From the NCBI GenBank assembly GCA_963748015.1, contig CAVVHE010000009.1, forward strand, positions 192,001 through 256,000: DNA of 64,000 bases, read 5' to 3'. Source of the DNA: Terriglobia bacterium. GTDB taxonomy: Bacteria > Acidobacteriota > Polarisedimenticolia > Polarisedimenticolales > JAIQFR01. The translations under genes were made by a program, and so were the position numbers. The notes beneath the pieces are model-generated. The model had not been told where the DNA came from. It was given only the letters and a program-made list of their open reading frames with translations, and searched no databases. Positions 20,661-32,504 of the stretch are shown piece after piece. Positions within the stretch are counted from its first letter, which is position 1. Each line of letters opens with the position of its first letter.

Positions 20661-22112
20661 GTGAACGCCTCCCGCTCGTTGCGTCTCGTGGCGGCGGCCG
20701 TCGCCGTCGCGCTCCTCGGCGGCTGCACGGTCGGCCCCGAGTACAGGCGACCGGAGGTCGCCGTCCCCGAGAACCACCGCGGCCTCCCGGGTGCCCCTCC
20801 CCAGGAGTCGCTGGCCGACCTGCCCTGGTGGCAGGTCTTCGACGACCCCACGCTGCAGTCGCTGATCCGCGATGCGGTCGCGGGGAACTACGACCTGCGC
20901 ATCGCGGCCTCGAGGGTCATGGAGGCCCGCGCTCAGGCGGGCATCGCGAAGTCGTTCCTCTATCCCCAGATAGGCGCGTCCGGCGGATTCGTCACCCGCC
21001 AGCTGCCGCGCCTCTCCGATCCCCCGCAGGCCGGCGAGGACAGGACCACGCAGAACTGGAACGTCGTGGCGGATCTCTCCTGGGAGATCGACCTCTTCGG
21101 CCGGATCCGCCGGGAGAAGCAGGCCGCCGTCGCCCGCTACCTCGCCACGGAGGAAGGGCGCCGCGGCGTCCTCATCGCCCTCGTGGGGGAGGTGGCCTCG
21201 ACCTACTTCTCGCTCCGCGAGCTCGACCTCGAGCTCGAGATCGCGCGCGGCACGCTGGCCTTGAACGACGAGACGGTCGCCTTCTACTCGCGCCGCCTCG
21301 CGGGAGGCGTCTCGAACCGGCTCGAGTTGGACCAGGCGCAGGCGAACCGGGCGGTCACCGCCTCGACGATCCCCGACATCGAGCGCCGGATCGCGCTCAC
21401 GGAGAACGCGCTCAACGCGCTGCTCGGCCGTCTGCCGGGGCCCATTCCCCGGGGGACCGTCCTGACCGACTGGCGCTTCCCCCCGCGGGTTCCCGCCGGC
21501 ATCCCGGCCGCGCTACTCGAGCGGCGACCCGACGTGCTCCAGGCGGAGCAGCGCTTGGTCGCCGCCAACGCCGACGTCGGCGCCGCCCGCGCCCTGTTCT
21601 TCCCGACGATCAGCCTCTCGGGCAGCCTCGGCGGTCTGAGCCACGACCTGTCGGAAGTCCTGAAGAGCGACAGCATCCTGTACTCGCTGGGCGCCGGGAT
21701 CTTCCAGCCGATCTTCCAGGGCGGGCGGATCCGCCGCAACTACGAGGCCAACCAGGCGCGCTTCGAGGGGGCGGTGGCGGAATACCAGAAGGCGGCGCTC
21801 AACGGCTATCGCGAGGTGGCCGACACCCTGGTGACGATCCAGAAGCTGGGCGAGGCGCGCACTGAGCAGGAGAAGGGCGTGGCGGCCCTGCAGGACGCGG
21901 GCACGCTCGTCCGCGCCCGGTACGACACGGGCCTCTCGAACTACCTCGAGATCCTCATCGCGGACCAGGCCCTCTTCCAGCAGCAGCTTCTGCTCGCGAG
22001 GACCCGCGGAGCGGAGCTGCAGTCGCTCGCGCAGCTCTACCGGGCGCTGGGCGGCGGATGGCAGCAGGAGACCGCGGCCGCCACCACGGGCGCGAGCGAG
22101 CCGGCGAAGTAG
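20661..22112 (+). CDS. Outer-membrane efflux factor (NodT/OprM-type lipoprotein)
   Basis: LGGC-TVGPEY lipobox; SWEIDLFGRIR, LLERRPDV and LYRALGGGW. Confidence 0.93.
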   Translation: MNASRSLRLVAAAVAVALLGGCTVGPEYRRPEVAVPENHRGLPGAPPQESLADLPWWQVFDDPTLQSLIRDAVAGNYDLRIAASRVMEARAQAGIAKSFLYPQIGASGGFVTRQLPRLSDPPQAGEDRTTQNWNVVADLSWEIDLFGRIRREKQAAVARYLATEEGRRGVLIALVGEVASTYFSLRELDLELEIARGTLALNDETVAFYSRRLAGGVSNRLELDQAQANRAVTASTIPDIERRIALTENALNALLGRLPGPIPRGTVLTDWRFPPRVPAGIPAALLERRPDVLQAEQRLVAANADVGAARALFFPTISLSGSLGGLSHDLSEVLKSDSILYSLGAGIFQPIFQGGRIRRNYEANQARFEGAVAEYQKAALNGYREVADTLVTIQKLGEARTEQEKGVAALQDAGTLVRARYDTGLSNYLEILIADQALFQQQLLLARTRGAELQSLAQLYRALGGGWQQETAAATTGASEPAK

Positions 22113-22154
22113 GAATCCGCCCCTTCTTGCGCGGTTCCCGGCGGAGCGCCGGGG

Positions 22155-22922
22155 TCAGTACTTCTCCTTGACGAACTTGAACGGGTGCTTGGACTCCCGG
22201 TAGCCGCCCGGCTTCTGGCGCTTGGGCAGCTTCACCTTCTCGCGCGGGAGCTTCTTGTAGGGGATCTTCCCGAGAAGATGCTCGATGATGTTGAGGCGCG
22301 CGCTCTTCTTGTCGTCCGAGCGCGCCACGTACCAGGGCGCGAACTTCGTGTCGGTGGCCTCGAACATCGCGTCGCGCGCCTTCGAGTAGTCGTACCAGCG
22401 GCTGTACGACTTCAGGTCCATCGGCGAGAGCTTCCAGACCTTACGACCGTCCTCGATGCGCGATTCGAGCCTCTTGGTCTGCTCCTCCGGGCTGACCTCG
22501 AGCCAGTACTTGAGGAGGATGATGCCGGAGTCCACCATCGCCTTCTCGACCATCGGCACCGCCTTGAGAAACGCCCGCGCCTGCTCCTCGGTGCAGAAGC
22601 CCATCACCCGCTCGACCCCCGCGCGGTTGTACCAGCTGCGGTCGAAGATCACGACCTCCCCGGCGGCCGGCCAGTGCGGAATGTAACGCTGAAGGTACAT
22701 CTGGCTCTTCTCGCGGTCGCTCGGGGCCGGGAGCGCCACGACCCGGAACACCCGAGGGCTCACGCGCTCGGTGATCGCCTTGATCGTCCCTCCCTTGCCC
22801 GCGCCGTCGCGCCCCTCGAAGACGATGCACACCTTGGCGCCCTTCCGCACGACCCACTCCTGCAGGTGGACGAGCTCCTCGTGCAGCTTGGCCAGTTTCC
22901 TGTCGTATTCCTTTCCCTTCAT
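22155..22922 (-). CDS. ppk2: Polyphosphate kinase 2 (single domain)
   Basis: FEGRDGAGKGGTI Walker A; IFDRSWYNRAGVERVMGF; WKLSPMD. Confidence 0.93.
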   Translation of the reverse strand: MKGKEYDRKLAKLHEELVHLQEWVVRKGAKVCIVFEGRDGAGKGGTIKAITERVSPRVFRVVALPAPSDREKSQMYLQRYIPHWPAAGEVVIFDRSWYNRAGVERVMGFCTEEQARAFLKAVPMVEKAMVDSGIILLKYWLEVSPEEQTKRLESRIEDGRKVWKLSPMDLKSYSRWYDYSKARDAMFEATDTKFAPWYVARSDDKKSARLNIIEHLLGKIPYKKLPREKVKLPKRQKPGGYRESKHPFKFVKEKY

Positions 22923-22944
22923 GGCCACGGCTCCTCCCATCGAC

Positions 22945-24630
22945 TCACCTCGCGGGGCCCGAGCCCCCGGTTCGCTCGAATCTCTCGACGGCTCCCTCGA
23001 CGTTGAAGAACATCCGCTCCCGGCCCAGTGCCGCTCCGAGCTTCGACCTCTGCACGACCTCGAGCACCGTGGGGTTCAGGGCCGCGAGCCACAGCATGAT
23101 TCCAAGATTCCGGAGCCGCTCCTCCTCCTCGACGAGCATCTTGAGAGCCGTGTACTCGAGATCGATCAGGGCGCTGCAGTCCAGCAGCACGACCGACGGC
23201 TTCGCGGCATCGACGAGCGGCAGCATCCGGTCGCCAATCGCTTGCGCGTTGACGAAGAAGGCCCGCCCCTCGGTTCGCAGGATGAGCAACCCAGGCCAGG
23301 TCTCGTCGTCCGGGTGCTCGCGCGACAGCGCCCGGAACGCGTTCGTGCCCCGTTTTCGGCCGAGGGCGTAGACGGGGGGGGCGTAAGCCTGGTGCGCGAG
23401 GGACACGAGCGAGACGATCACCGCGGCAAGGATGCCCCGCAGCGTGCCCAGGACCGCGACGCCGGCGAGCGCCGCGATCGCCCAGCGGAACTCGACCCGG
23501 CGCACGCGACGGATCTCGAGGAACTCGGCCGGCTTGATCATCTCGATCGAGTAGGCCACGACCACGGCGGCGAGCACCGCGTGCGGCATGAAGGCGATCA
23601 CCGGTGCGAGCACCAGGAGCGTCGCCAGCGCGCCCACGGCGGTGACCAGCTCGGAAACCTGGGTCCGCGCTCCCGACTTCCGGTTGACCGCGGTCTGCGT
23701 CGTGCCGCCACCGGCCGGCATCGCCCCGAGGAATCCACCTCCCACGTTGGCGAGGCCCAGAGCCACGAGCTCCTGGTTCGGAGCGGGGCGCGGCTCTCCG
23801 GGGCCGCGGAAGGCGCGGCCCGCCGCGATCGTTTCCGTGAAGCTCATCAGCGCGATACCGGCGGCGCCCGGCCACATCAGAAGGAGCAGGTCGAGCCTCG
23901 GTGCGACGAGCGACGGGAGGCCGCCCGGCACGCTCCCCACGGTCGCGACACCCGCGCGATCCAGCGCGAAGACGGCCGACGCCGCGATGCCCGCGGCCAC
24001 CGCCACGAGCGGCGCGGGCACCCGGGGCGCGAAGCGCTCGAGGCCGAAGATCACCGCGAGGACTCCCAGCGCCACTGCGGCGGTCAGGAGGGACGTCTCC
24101 GGTGCGTGCCGGACGATCGCGAACAGGCTCCGGAAGAAGCCCGTCTTCTCGAAGTGGATGCCGAGGAGCTTGGGGACCTGGTCCACGACGATCACGAGCC
24201 CGATCCCCGACTTGAAGCCCGTCAGCACGGGGTCGGAAATGAAGTTCGCGATGAAGCCGAGCCGGAACACGCCGGCGAGCACGAGCATCGCTCCGACGAG
24301 GAGCGCCAGCGTCGCGCCCGCGACGATGAGCTCCGCGGGATCACCTCCGGGCGCCACCTCCCCGAGCTCGGCCGCCGCCAGGATGGCGATCGTCGTCGTC
24401 GTGCTGACGCTCAAGGGCCGCGACGTGCCCAGGACCGCGTAGATGACCATCGGCACGAGCACGGTGTACAGGCCGACCTGGACCGGCAGCCCCGCGATCG
24501 TGGCGTACGCCATCGCCTTGGGGATGACCACCGCGGCGGTCGTCAGCCCGGCCAGGATGTCGGGGCGGAGCCATTCCCTACGGTAGCCGCGGAGCCACTC
24601 TAGGCTCGGAACGAGGCCGGGCCGTCTCAC
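22945..24630 (-). CDS. SulP-family anion permease with STAS domain
   Basis: DILAGLT...IPKAMAYATIAGLP, NQELVALGLAN and a C-terminal STAS region. Confidence 0.92.
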   Translation of the reverse strand: MRRPGLVPSLEWLRGYRREWLRPDILAGLTTAAVVIPKAMAYATIAGLPVQVGLYTVLVPMVIYAVLGTSRPLSVSTTTTIAILAAAELGEVAPGGDPAELIVAGATLALLVGAMLVLAGVFRLGFIANFISDPVLTGFKSGIGLVIVVDQVPKLLGIHFEKTGFFRSLFAIVRHAPETSLLTAAVALGVLAVIFGLERFAPRVPAPLVAVAAGIAASAVFALDRAGVATVGSVPGGLPSLVAPRLDLLLLMWPGAAGIALMSFTETIAAGRAFRGPGEPRPAPNQELVALGLANVGGGFLGAMPAGGGTTQTAVNRKSGARTQVSELVTAVGALATLLVLAPVIAFMPHAVLAAVVVAYSIEMIKPAEFLEIRRVRRVEFRWAIAALAGVAVLGTLRGILAAVIVSLVSLAHQAYAPPVYALGRKRGTNAFRALSREHPDDETWPGLLILRTEGRAFFVNAQAIGDRMLPLVDAAKPSVVLLDCSALIDLEYTALKMLVEEEERLRNLGIMLWLAALNPTVLEVVQRSKLGAALGRERMFFNVEGAVERFERTGGSGPAR

Positions 24631-24645
24631 CGCGCGCTCCGCATC

Positions 24646-25281
24646 TCAGAACTCGACGCCCAGCGACACCACGTACGTCGGGTCGGTCCATCCGAGGTTG
24701 AACACGTAGGTCGATAGGGACCAGCTCTTGCGGGAGAAGCCGATCAGTATTCCGCGCTGCACGTCGAGGTCCGTTTCGTACGCGCGGGTCCGCTGGGAGG
24801 CGAGGCCGGCGCGGAACCACTCCGCCGGGGAGTACGCCAGCTCGCTCCAGAAGTAGAGGAAGTTCCCGCTGCTGTCGCTCGAGTCGAAGAGATACTCTCC
24901 CTCGGTGTAGAACTCGAGCTTCTTGTACGCGACCGTGATCTCGCACCCGGGCGCGATGCCCCGCACGTCCCCGAATACGCCGCCGAGCATCCAAGTGGCC
25001 TCGAGCGTCACCTTGTCGCCGGCGCTCTGGTTGTAGCCGGCCCACACCGAATACGCCCCCCGTCCCTCGTAGTTGTAGCGAGCCTCGAGGTGGAGCCGCT
25101 CGCGGTCCGCGGCGAACACCGGCGACACGTAGTCCGAGTCCTCGGGGACGAAGTAGGCGAACGCGGAGGCGGAGAACGCCCAGGGCTCTTTCGCGGCGGG
25201 ACCGGCTGCCTCCTGGGCGCTCACGGGTCCCGCGAGGAGGGCGGCCACGCCAGCCGCGGCGAGAAGCCGCAACGCGCTCAT
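24646..25281 (-). CDS. Exported hypothetical outer-membrane protein
   Basis: Start overlaps the VIT1 stop (ATGA); signal peptide ending VSA-Q; aromatic beta-strands; terminal VSLGVEF. Confidence 0.7.
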   Translation of the reverse strand: MSALRLLAAAGVAALLAGPVSAQEAAGPAAKEPWAFSASAFAYFVPEDSDYVSPVFAADRERLHLEARYNYEGRGAYSVWAGYNQSAGDKVTLEATWMLGGVFGDVRGIAPGCEITVAYKKLEFYTEGEYLFDSSDSSGNFLYFWSELAYSPAEWFRAGLASQRTRAYETDLDVQRGILIGFSRKSWSLSTYVFNLGWTDPTYVVSLGVEF

Positions 25282-25940
25282 CCTCCGAGCGCCATGGTCA
25301 TGGCTACCAGCGCCACGCCGATCAGCAGCATCCCGAGCCCGACCCTCCAGGGCGGCCGCCCGACCTGGCGCCCGTAGACCCAGCCGATCAGGAACAGCAT
25401 CGCGACCGCGATGGCGTTCGACGCGCGAAGGGCCGGCTGGGCATTGGACATCAGGACGAACGGGATCGCGACGGGCAGCACGCTGACGAAGACCAGCAGG
25501 AAGACGGCGCAGGCGCCCAGCCAGTCTTCCTTGGAAAGCCGGGCGACGACGGGGGGATCGGGAAGCTCCTTCAGGTGCCGGCGCACCAGGTCCAGCTCCT
25601 CCGGGCGCAGGGCCGAGGCGACGACGGGCGGCAGCGCGTCGGCGATGGCGCGATGGGCCTCGGCCGCACTGGAGGCCTGCCGGATCTTCCTGAAGGCGAT
25701 CAGACCCCTTGCTCGCTCGCCCAGGCAGCCCATGAGGTACATGAACGCGTCGATGATCCCCCACGCCAGGTTGCAGCCGAGCGCGCCGACGAGCATTTCG
25801 CGTATCTCGGCGCGTCCCGCCTCGGCGACACTCAGCGAGCCGGTGAACGTGAGCACCATGATCAGCCCGAACAGCACCTCCGAGATCCTGTCCATGGGAT
25901 CTAGGTACCGCTTCGAGGCTAGGGCCTTGCTGTCGGGCAT
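25278..25940 (-). CDS. VIT1/CCC1-family membrane protein
   Basis: LDPMDRISEVLFGLIMVLTFTGS and GCNLAWGIID; about five TM segments; start codon uncertain. Confidence 0.72.
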   Translation of the reverse strand: MPDSKALASKRYLDPMDRISEVLFGLIMVLTFTGSLSVAEAGRAEIREMLVGALGCNLAWGIIDAFMYLMGCLGERARGLIAFRKIRQASSAAEAHRAIADALPPVVASALRPEELDLVRRHLKELPDPPVVARLSKEDWLGACAVFLLVFVSVLPVAIPFVLMSNAQPALRASNAIAVAMLFLIGWVYGRQVGRPPWRVGLGMLLIGVALVAMTMALGG

Positions 25941-26166
25941 GCGTACCCTCGATTTCAGGTCCAGCGCCGTCGCGTTTGGCGCGAGTATCCCAGAATACCC
26001 CGAGGCGATCAATCTCGCGTATTCATGTGCCTTGACAGAGGGCGCGCCACGCCGGGACAATGCCCCGATCGCATCGAGACGCGGCAACGGCAGCGCCGCG
26101 CGGCGCCCACGGGCCGATTCGAGCCAGGGGAGAGGGGTCGGCTTTGGAAGCCCCCGCCGAGAACCG

Positions 26167-26844
26167 ATGATCGCACGGACGATGGATCGGCTGACGAACT
26201 TCTGGAAGACCGACCGGGGTCTTTCGGTATTCCTCGTGGTGCTTCTCGTCGTCGCGTTCGTCGTCTACCCGTTGCGGCGCGAGGCCCTGCTCAACGACGT
26301 CGCCGTGTCCGCGTTCTACTCCCTGATCCTCTTCTCCGGCGTGATGGCCGTTTCGAGCCGGCGCAGGGACCGCTGGGTCGCCGGTACGGTCGCGGTGGCG
26401 ACGTTCGTATTCCGCTGGGCGAGCGAAATCGTCTCCAGCAAGCCCGTGCTCGTGATCTCGGGCGTCCTCGCGGTCGTGTTCCTCGCGATGATGGCGGCGG
26501 TGGTCCTGGCCCAGGTCTTCCGGAAGGGTCCGATCACCATTCACCGCATCGTCGGCGCGGTGGCCGCTTACGTCCTGCTCGGGATCTTGTGGGCAGCGGG
26601 GTACCAGCTCATCTTGCTGCTGACGCCGGGCGCCTTCGTGTCGGCCGCGGGGACGCCCGTCGGCGCGCCGGACCTGACCTACTTCAGCTTCGTGACGCTG
26701 ACGACCGTGGGGTACGGCGACGTCACGGCCGTCAATTCCGTCGCGCGCTCGATGGCGCTCCTCGAGGCGCTGACCGGCCAGCTGTTCCCGGCGATCCTGA
26801 TAGCCCGCCTCGTCTCGATGGAGGCCGCCCGCAAGCTCGAATAG
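26167..26844 (+). CDS. Potassium channel family protein (Ion_trans_2)
   Basis: YFSFVTLTTVGYGD selectivity filter; several TM helices. Confidence 0.88.
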   Translation: MIARTMDRLTNFWKTDRGLSVFLVVLLVVAFVVYPLRREALLNDVAVSAFYSLILFSGVMAVSSRRRDRWVAGTVAVATFVFRWASEIVSSKPVLVISGVLAVVFLAMMAAVVLAQVFRKGPITIHRIVGAVAAYVLLGILWAAGYQLILLLTPGAFVSAAGTPVGAPDLTYFSFVTLTTVGYGDVTAVNSVARSMALLEALTGQLFPAILIARLVSMEAARKLE

Positions 26845-26848
26845 ACGA

Positions 26849-26873
26849 CGGCCCCCGAAGGTCTCGGGGGCCG
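26849..26873. terminator. 10-bp hairpin between convergent genes
   Basis: CGGCCCCCGA-AGGTC-TCGGGGGCCG just after the channel stop; no U tract. Confidence 0.45.
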
Positions 26874-26914
26874 GCCTCGGAACTCGGTCAGGACGCGCGG
26901 ATTCGGCCGATCGG

Positions 26915-27412
26915 CTATTCGCCCGCGAGCGGGACGACCGACTGGACCTTGAAGTCCATCATCGTCTCGAACTGGCGCTCGAGCTGCAGGAACTGGCCCG
27001 CCGCCAGCGGCGAGACCTTCTCCGACATGAGGTCGAAGTACTTGCGGCGCATGGCGTTGCGGTCCTCGTCCAGCTTCAGGGAGCGCGCCCCCATGTCCTT
27101 GGCCTGCGCGGCGGTGATCGTCTTGTACACCTTCGCGTACTCCCGCAGCAGGGCCTTGCGGGCATCCCCGTTTGCCGTGAGCTCCGCGTCGTATTCCTTC
27201 TTGAGCTGCCAGAACGCCTTGCTCTGGGTCTCGTCGAGCTTGATGAACGTCCGGAGCGCCGACTCGCGCCGCTCCATGACGTCTCCGCGAGCCGCCTTCA
27301 GGTACTCCTCGAGCGACTTGGTCGTCGGGTCCTCGGCTCGCGCCGGAAGCGAGAGGACGAGCGACAGAGCGATGAGAATCGTTGCGAGAGGGAGCCATTT
27401 GGAGCGAATCAC
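26915..27412 (-). CDS. Small helical periplasmic protein (Spy/CpxP-like)
   Basis: GTG with AAGGAGG RBS; signal ending ARA-E; LDETQSKAFWQLKKEY...QFLQLE. Confidence 0.75.
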   Translation of the reverse strand: MIRSKWLPLATILIALSLVLSLPARAEDPTTKSLEEYLKAARGDVMERRESALRTFIKLDETQSKAFWQLKKEYDAELTANGDARKALLREYAKVYKTITAAQAKDMGARSLKLDEDRNAMRRKYFDLMSEKVSPLAAGQFLQLERQFETMMDFKVQSVVPLAGE

Positions 27413-27522
27413 GATCGGTTCCTCCTTCCGTTCCCGACGGTGCTTGGGACGTTCCGCTGTGCCAAGGACCCTTAGTTTTAGCACAATTCGAGATTCCGGG
27501 GCATGTTGGCCCGGACGGACGA

Positions 27523-28866
27523 CTAGCCCGACCTTCGGGTCGCCACCCCCAGCACGAGCCCGCCGAGCACGGCGGCGGTCGCCGACGCGAGGAGGATCCC
27601 GACCTTCGCCGACGCGAGGAGCGGACCCTCGAACGCCAGCCCGGCGATGAACAGAGACATCGTGAACCCGACCCCGCCGATGAGGGCGACCCCCAGGACG
27701 TGCGGCCATCCCACGCGTTCGGGAAGCGCCGCCCATCCCAGCCGGACCGCGAGCCACGAGAACAGGGAGATCCCCACGGTCTTGCCGACGACGAGGCCGA
27801 GGATGATCCCGAGAGGCGCCGGCTTGGACACGGCCGTCCAGAGGCCTCCCTCGAAGGCGACGCCGGCGTTGAAGAACGCGAAGACCGGCATGATGAAGTA
27901 CATGACCCACGGGTGGAGGCCGTGCTCCATCCGCTGCGCCGGCGGCGCGGCCTGCCGGCAAGCTTTCTCCACCTCGTGAAGCGCTTCTTGTTGCTCCGCG
28001 TTCGTGAGCAGGTCTCTTCCGGGAATGCTGTTGCGCTCGAAGGCGTCGAGGCTGGCGCGGTTGCGCGCGACGAAAGCCCCGCCGTCGATGCGCGATCGCG
28101 AGGGAATCGTCAGGGCGAGGAGGACACCGGCGACCGTGGGGTGCACCCCCGACTCGAGCACCGCGAGCCACAGGCCGACGCCGAACAGCGCATAGATGAG
28201 CGGCTTCGTCACCCGCGCCCGGTTCGCCGCCACCAGCAGCACGAAGAAGCCGGCCGCGACCAGAAGCGCCGCCTTGTTCATGCCCGACGTGTAGAAGAAC
28301 GCGATCACGAGCACCGCGCCCAGGTCGTCCGCGATCGCGAGCGCCACCAGGAAGACCTTGAGGCCCGTGGGGATCCGCGAGCCGAACAGGGTCAGGACCC
28401 CGAGGGCGAAGGCGATGTCGGTCGCCATCGGAATGCCCCAGCCGGCGGACGCCGCGGTTCCCGCGTTGAGGGACGCGTAGATCGCGGCGGGCACGAGCAT
28501 GCCCCCGAGGGCCGCCACGATCGGAAGCGCGGCCTTCCGGGGAGACGACAGCTCTCCGACGAGGGTCTCCCGCTTGATCTCGAGGCCGACCACGAAGAAG
28601 AAGAGCGCCATCAGGCCGTCGTTGATCCAGAGGAGGAGCGGCTCCGAGAGGCTCCACGGCCCGAGCGAGATCGTGATGCTCGCGTTGGCGATGGCGAAGT
28701 AGAGGTCGCCCTTCGGCGAGTTCGCCCAGGTCAGCGCCGCGAGGGTGCAGCACAGCAGGAGGATGCCCGCCGACGCCTCGATCCGCGCGAAGTCGCGGAA
28801 TGGCCGGGCGAGCCATTCCGCGGGTGTCACGTCTGCGGTATTATTCGACGAATCGTTAATCCGCAT
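27523..28866 (-). CDS. nhaA: Na+/H+ antiporter NhaA
   Basis: WINDGLMALFFFVVGLEIKRE, GWGIPMATDIAFA, LAIADDLGA and GVGFTMSLFI; GGAGG RBS. Confidence 0.95.
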   Translation of the reverse strand: MRINDSSNNTADVTPAEWLARPFRDFARIEASAGILLLCCTLAALTWANSPKGDLYFAIANASITISLGPWSLSEPLLLWINDGLMALFFFVVGLEIKRETLVGELSSPRKAALPIVAALGGMLVPAAIYASLNAGTAASAGWGIPMATDIAFALGVLTLFGSRIPTGLKVFLVALAIADDLGAVLVIAFFYTSGMNKAALLVAAGFFVLLVAANRARVTKPLIYALFGVGLWLAVLESGVHPTVAGVLLALTIPSRSRIDGGAFVARNRASLDAFERNSIPGRDLLTNAEQQEALHEVEKACRQAAPPAQRMEHGLHPWVMYFIMPVFAFFNAGVAFEGGLWTAVSKPAPLGIILGLVVGKTVGISLFSWLAVRLGWAALPERVGWPHVLGVALIGGVGFTMSLFIAGLAFEGPLLASAKVGILLASATAAVLGGLVLGVATRRSG

Positions 28867-29080
28867 GCAGCCTCCTACCTGGTAGTTTTCCCAGGGGGGA
28901 CGGGTCGACCCGAATCTTCGCCCGGCCGGTCCGGTCCGGGCAAGGGGATCGCGTGGGGAACCGAAAAGTGTCGCGCGATCCGTCGCCTCCTCGAGGCGAT
29001 GCCGGCACCTCCGTCCCCGCCCGGTGCCTGGAAGGGGTGCGTCCGACGACAACGCCCGCAAAGGGGCCAGGAGATTCGAC

Positions 29081-30489
<1,409 letters not shown>

Positions 30490-30493
<4 letters not shown>

Positions 30494-31011
30494 ACCGCTT
30501 CCCGGTTTTCTTCCTCGCGCTTCTCGCGGCCGCCGTCCTCGGCTCGGCGCCTGACGTCGCCGGCGAGCCGCCGGCGGCGCCCGATGTCTGGCGCACGTTC
30601 CAGGGGAGCTGGTCCGGCGTGGGCACGCGGCACACGTTGCCGACGGAAGGCGATCGCCCGGCGGTCATCATCCGGGTGACGGGCGCCATCGTGATCGCGA
30701 GCGGCGAGGGACTGGGCCGCGGCTTCCAGGGCGAGGCGATCTACTTCGACGACGGCCGGGGTCTCGGCGTCGGACGGGCGGTGTGGACCGACGACCGCGG
30801 CGACAAGATCTTCAGCGAGCTGAAAGGCGAGCCGGCGCAGACGGGCCGGCGCGTCGCCGGTACCCTTACCGGAGGGACGGGGCGCTACGCGGGGCTGACC
30901 GGCGAGTACTCCCTGACCTGGCAGTACGTCGTCCAGTCCGAGGAGGGTGTGATCCAGAGCCGGTCCGCGGATCTCAAGGGGATGTTCCGCCTCGGTGGGG
31001 CGCCGCGATGA
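30490..31011 (+). CDS. Secreted beta-rich hypothetical protein (173 aa)
   Basis: ATGA overlaps with aspA and with the DASS gene; signal peptide; LTGGTGRYAGLTG motif. Confidence 0.75.
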
Positions 31012-32423
31012 GCGCCGGGAACGACGGTCGGCGCCGCCTCCTCGCCCGCGGCGCCACGCTGGCCCTGGCCCTCGGAATCTGGTCCTGCCCGGTGCCGGAG
31101 GGCTTGACCGCCCCGGCGTGGCATCTCTTCGCCCTCTTCGTCTCGGCGATCTTCGCGGTCATCGTGAGCGCCTTCCCCGTGCTCACGTCTTCCGTCCTCG
31201 CCCTGGCGGCGGCCGTGCTCACCGGGACCCTGTCCCCCGCCAAGGCCTACTCGGGGTTCGCGAACGGGACGATCCTCCTCATCGTAGTCGCGTTCCTGGT
31301 GGCGCGCGCCGTGGTCAAGTGCGGGCTCGGACAGCGCCTAGGACACATGGTCGTGAGCCTCTTCGGGCGCTCGACGCTCGGCCTGTCGTACAGCATCTTC
31401 GTCGTGGACGGCGTGATCGCGCCGGCGTTCCCGAGCAACACCGCCCGGGCCGGCGTTCTCTATCCCCTGGTCTTCTCCCTCACGGAAGCGGCGGGGGTGA
31501 AGCCCGGCGACGCGGGGCGCAAGCGGCTCGGGAGCTTCCTGATGTTCTCCGGCGTGGCGAGCCTCTCCCTCTCGTCGGCGCTCTGGTTCACCGCGATGGC
31601 CGCGAACCCGCTCGGGGCCGAGATGGCGCAAGCCTTCGGCCTCAAGATGTCCTTCGGCTCCTGGCTCATCGCCTCCTCGGTGCCGACCCTCGCGGCGATG
31701 GTGCTGATGCCGCTGCTCCTCTACAAGGTCCTCTCTCCCGAGGTCAAGGCCACGCCGGAAGCGCCGGCCGCCGCGAGGAAAGCGCTCCGGGCGCTCGGAC
31801 CGCTCGGCCGGGACGAGAAGATCGTAACCGCCGCCTTCGTCGGCATGGTGGCTCTCTGGGGGCTCGCCGGCACGCTGCACCTGGACTCGACCGCCGTGGC
31901 GTTCCTGGGCCTCGGCGTCCTCCTCGCCACGCGGGTCCTGACGCTCGAGGACATCGCGAAGGAGGGGGACGTCCTCGCGACGTTCATCTGGTTCGCTGTG
32001 CTCTTCTCCATGAGCGGCCAGCTCAACGAGCTCGGCTTCATGGGCTTCGTGGGCGAGCGGCTGGCCGGGATGCTGGGGGGCCTTCCCTGGTTCGGGGCCT
32101 ACCTGATTCTGGTCGTGGCCTACGTGCTGTTGCACTACCTGTTCGTCAGCCAGACGGCGCACGTCCTGGCCCTATTCGCCGTCTTCCTCGGGGTGGGGGT
32201 GAAGCTCGGCGTCCCGGCCGCCCCCCTCGCGTTCCTCCTGCTCTTCGCGAGCAACTTCTTTTCCGCCATCACCCCCCAGGGGTCGAGCGCCAACCTCCTC
32301 TTCGCGGGGAGCGGCTATCTCACCCAGGGAGAACTGTACAAGCTGGGCGCGATCACCACGGCCTTCAACCTCGTGGTCTACCTCGCCGTGGGAACGCCCT
32401 GGCTGCTACTCGTCGCTCGATGA
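31008..32423 (+). CDS. DASS-family dicarboxylate transporter (CitT/TtdT-like)
   Basis: PVPEGLTAPAWHLFALF, PAFPSNTARAG, HYLFVSQTAHV. Confidence 0.9.
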   Translation: MSAGNDGRRRLLARGATLALALGIWSCPVPEGLTAPAWHLFALFVSAIFAVIVSAFPVLTSSVLALAAAVLTGTLSPAKAYSGFANGTILLIVVAFLVARAVVKCGLGQRLGHMVVSLFGRSTLGLSYSIFVVDGVIAPAFPSNTARAGVLYPLVFSLTEAAGVKPGDAGRKRLGSFLMFSGVASLSLSSALWFTAMAANPLGAEMAQAFGLKMSFGSWLIASSVPTLAAMVLMPLLLYKVLSPEVKATPEAPAAARKALRALGPLGRDEKIVTAAFVGMVALWGLAGTLHLDSTAVAFLGLGVLLATRVLTLEDIAKEGDVLATFIWFAVLFSMSGQLNELGFMGFVGERLAGMLGGLPWFGAYLILVVAYVLLHYLFVSQTAHVLALFAVFLGVGVKLGVPAAPLAFLLLFASNFFSAITPQGSSANLLFAGSGYLTQGELYKLGAITTAFNLVVYLAVGTPWLLLVAR

Positions 32424-32504
32424 GGAGGGGGCGACGCGTGAAGTCGACGTCCATGGATCCGAAAAGCCGCCCGTGACAGGGCTCGCAAACAAGGAGAATC
32501 GACC

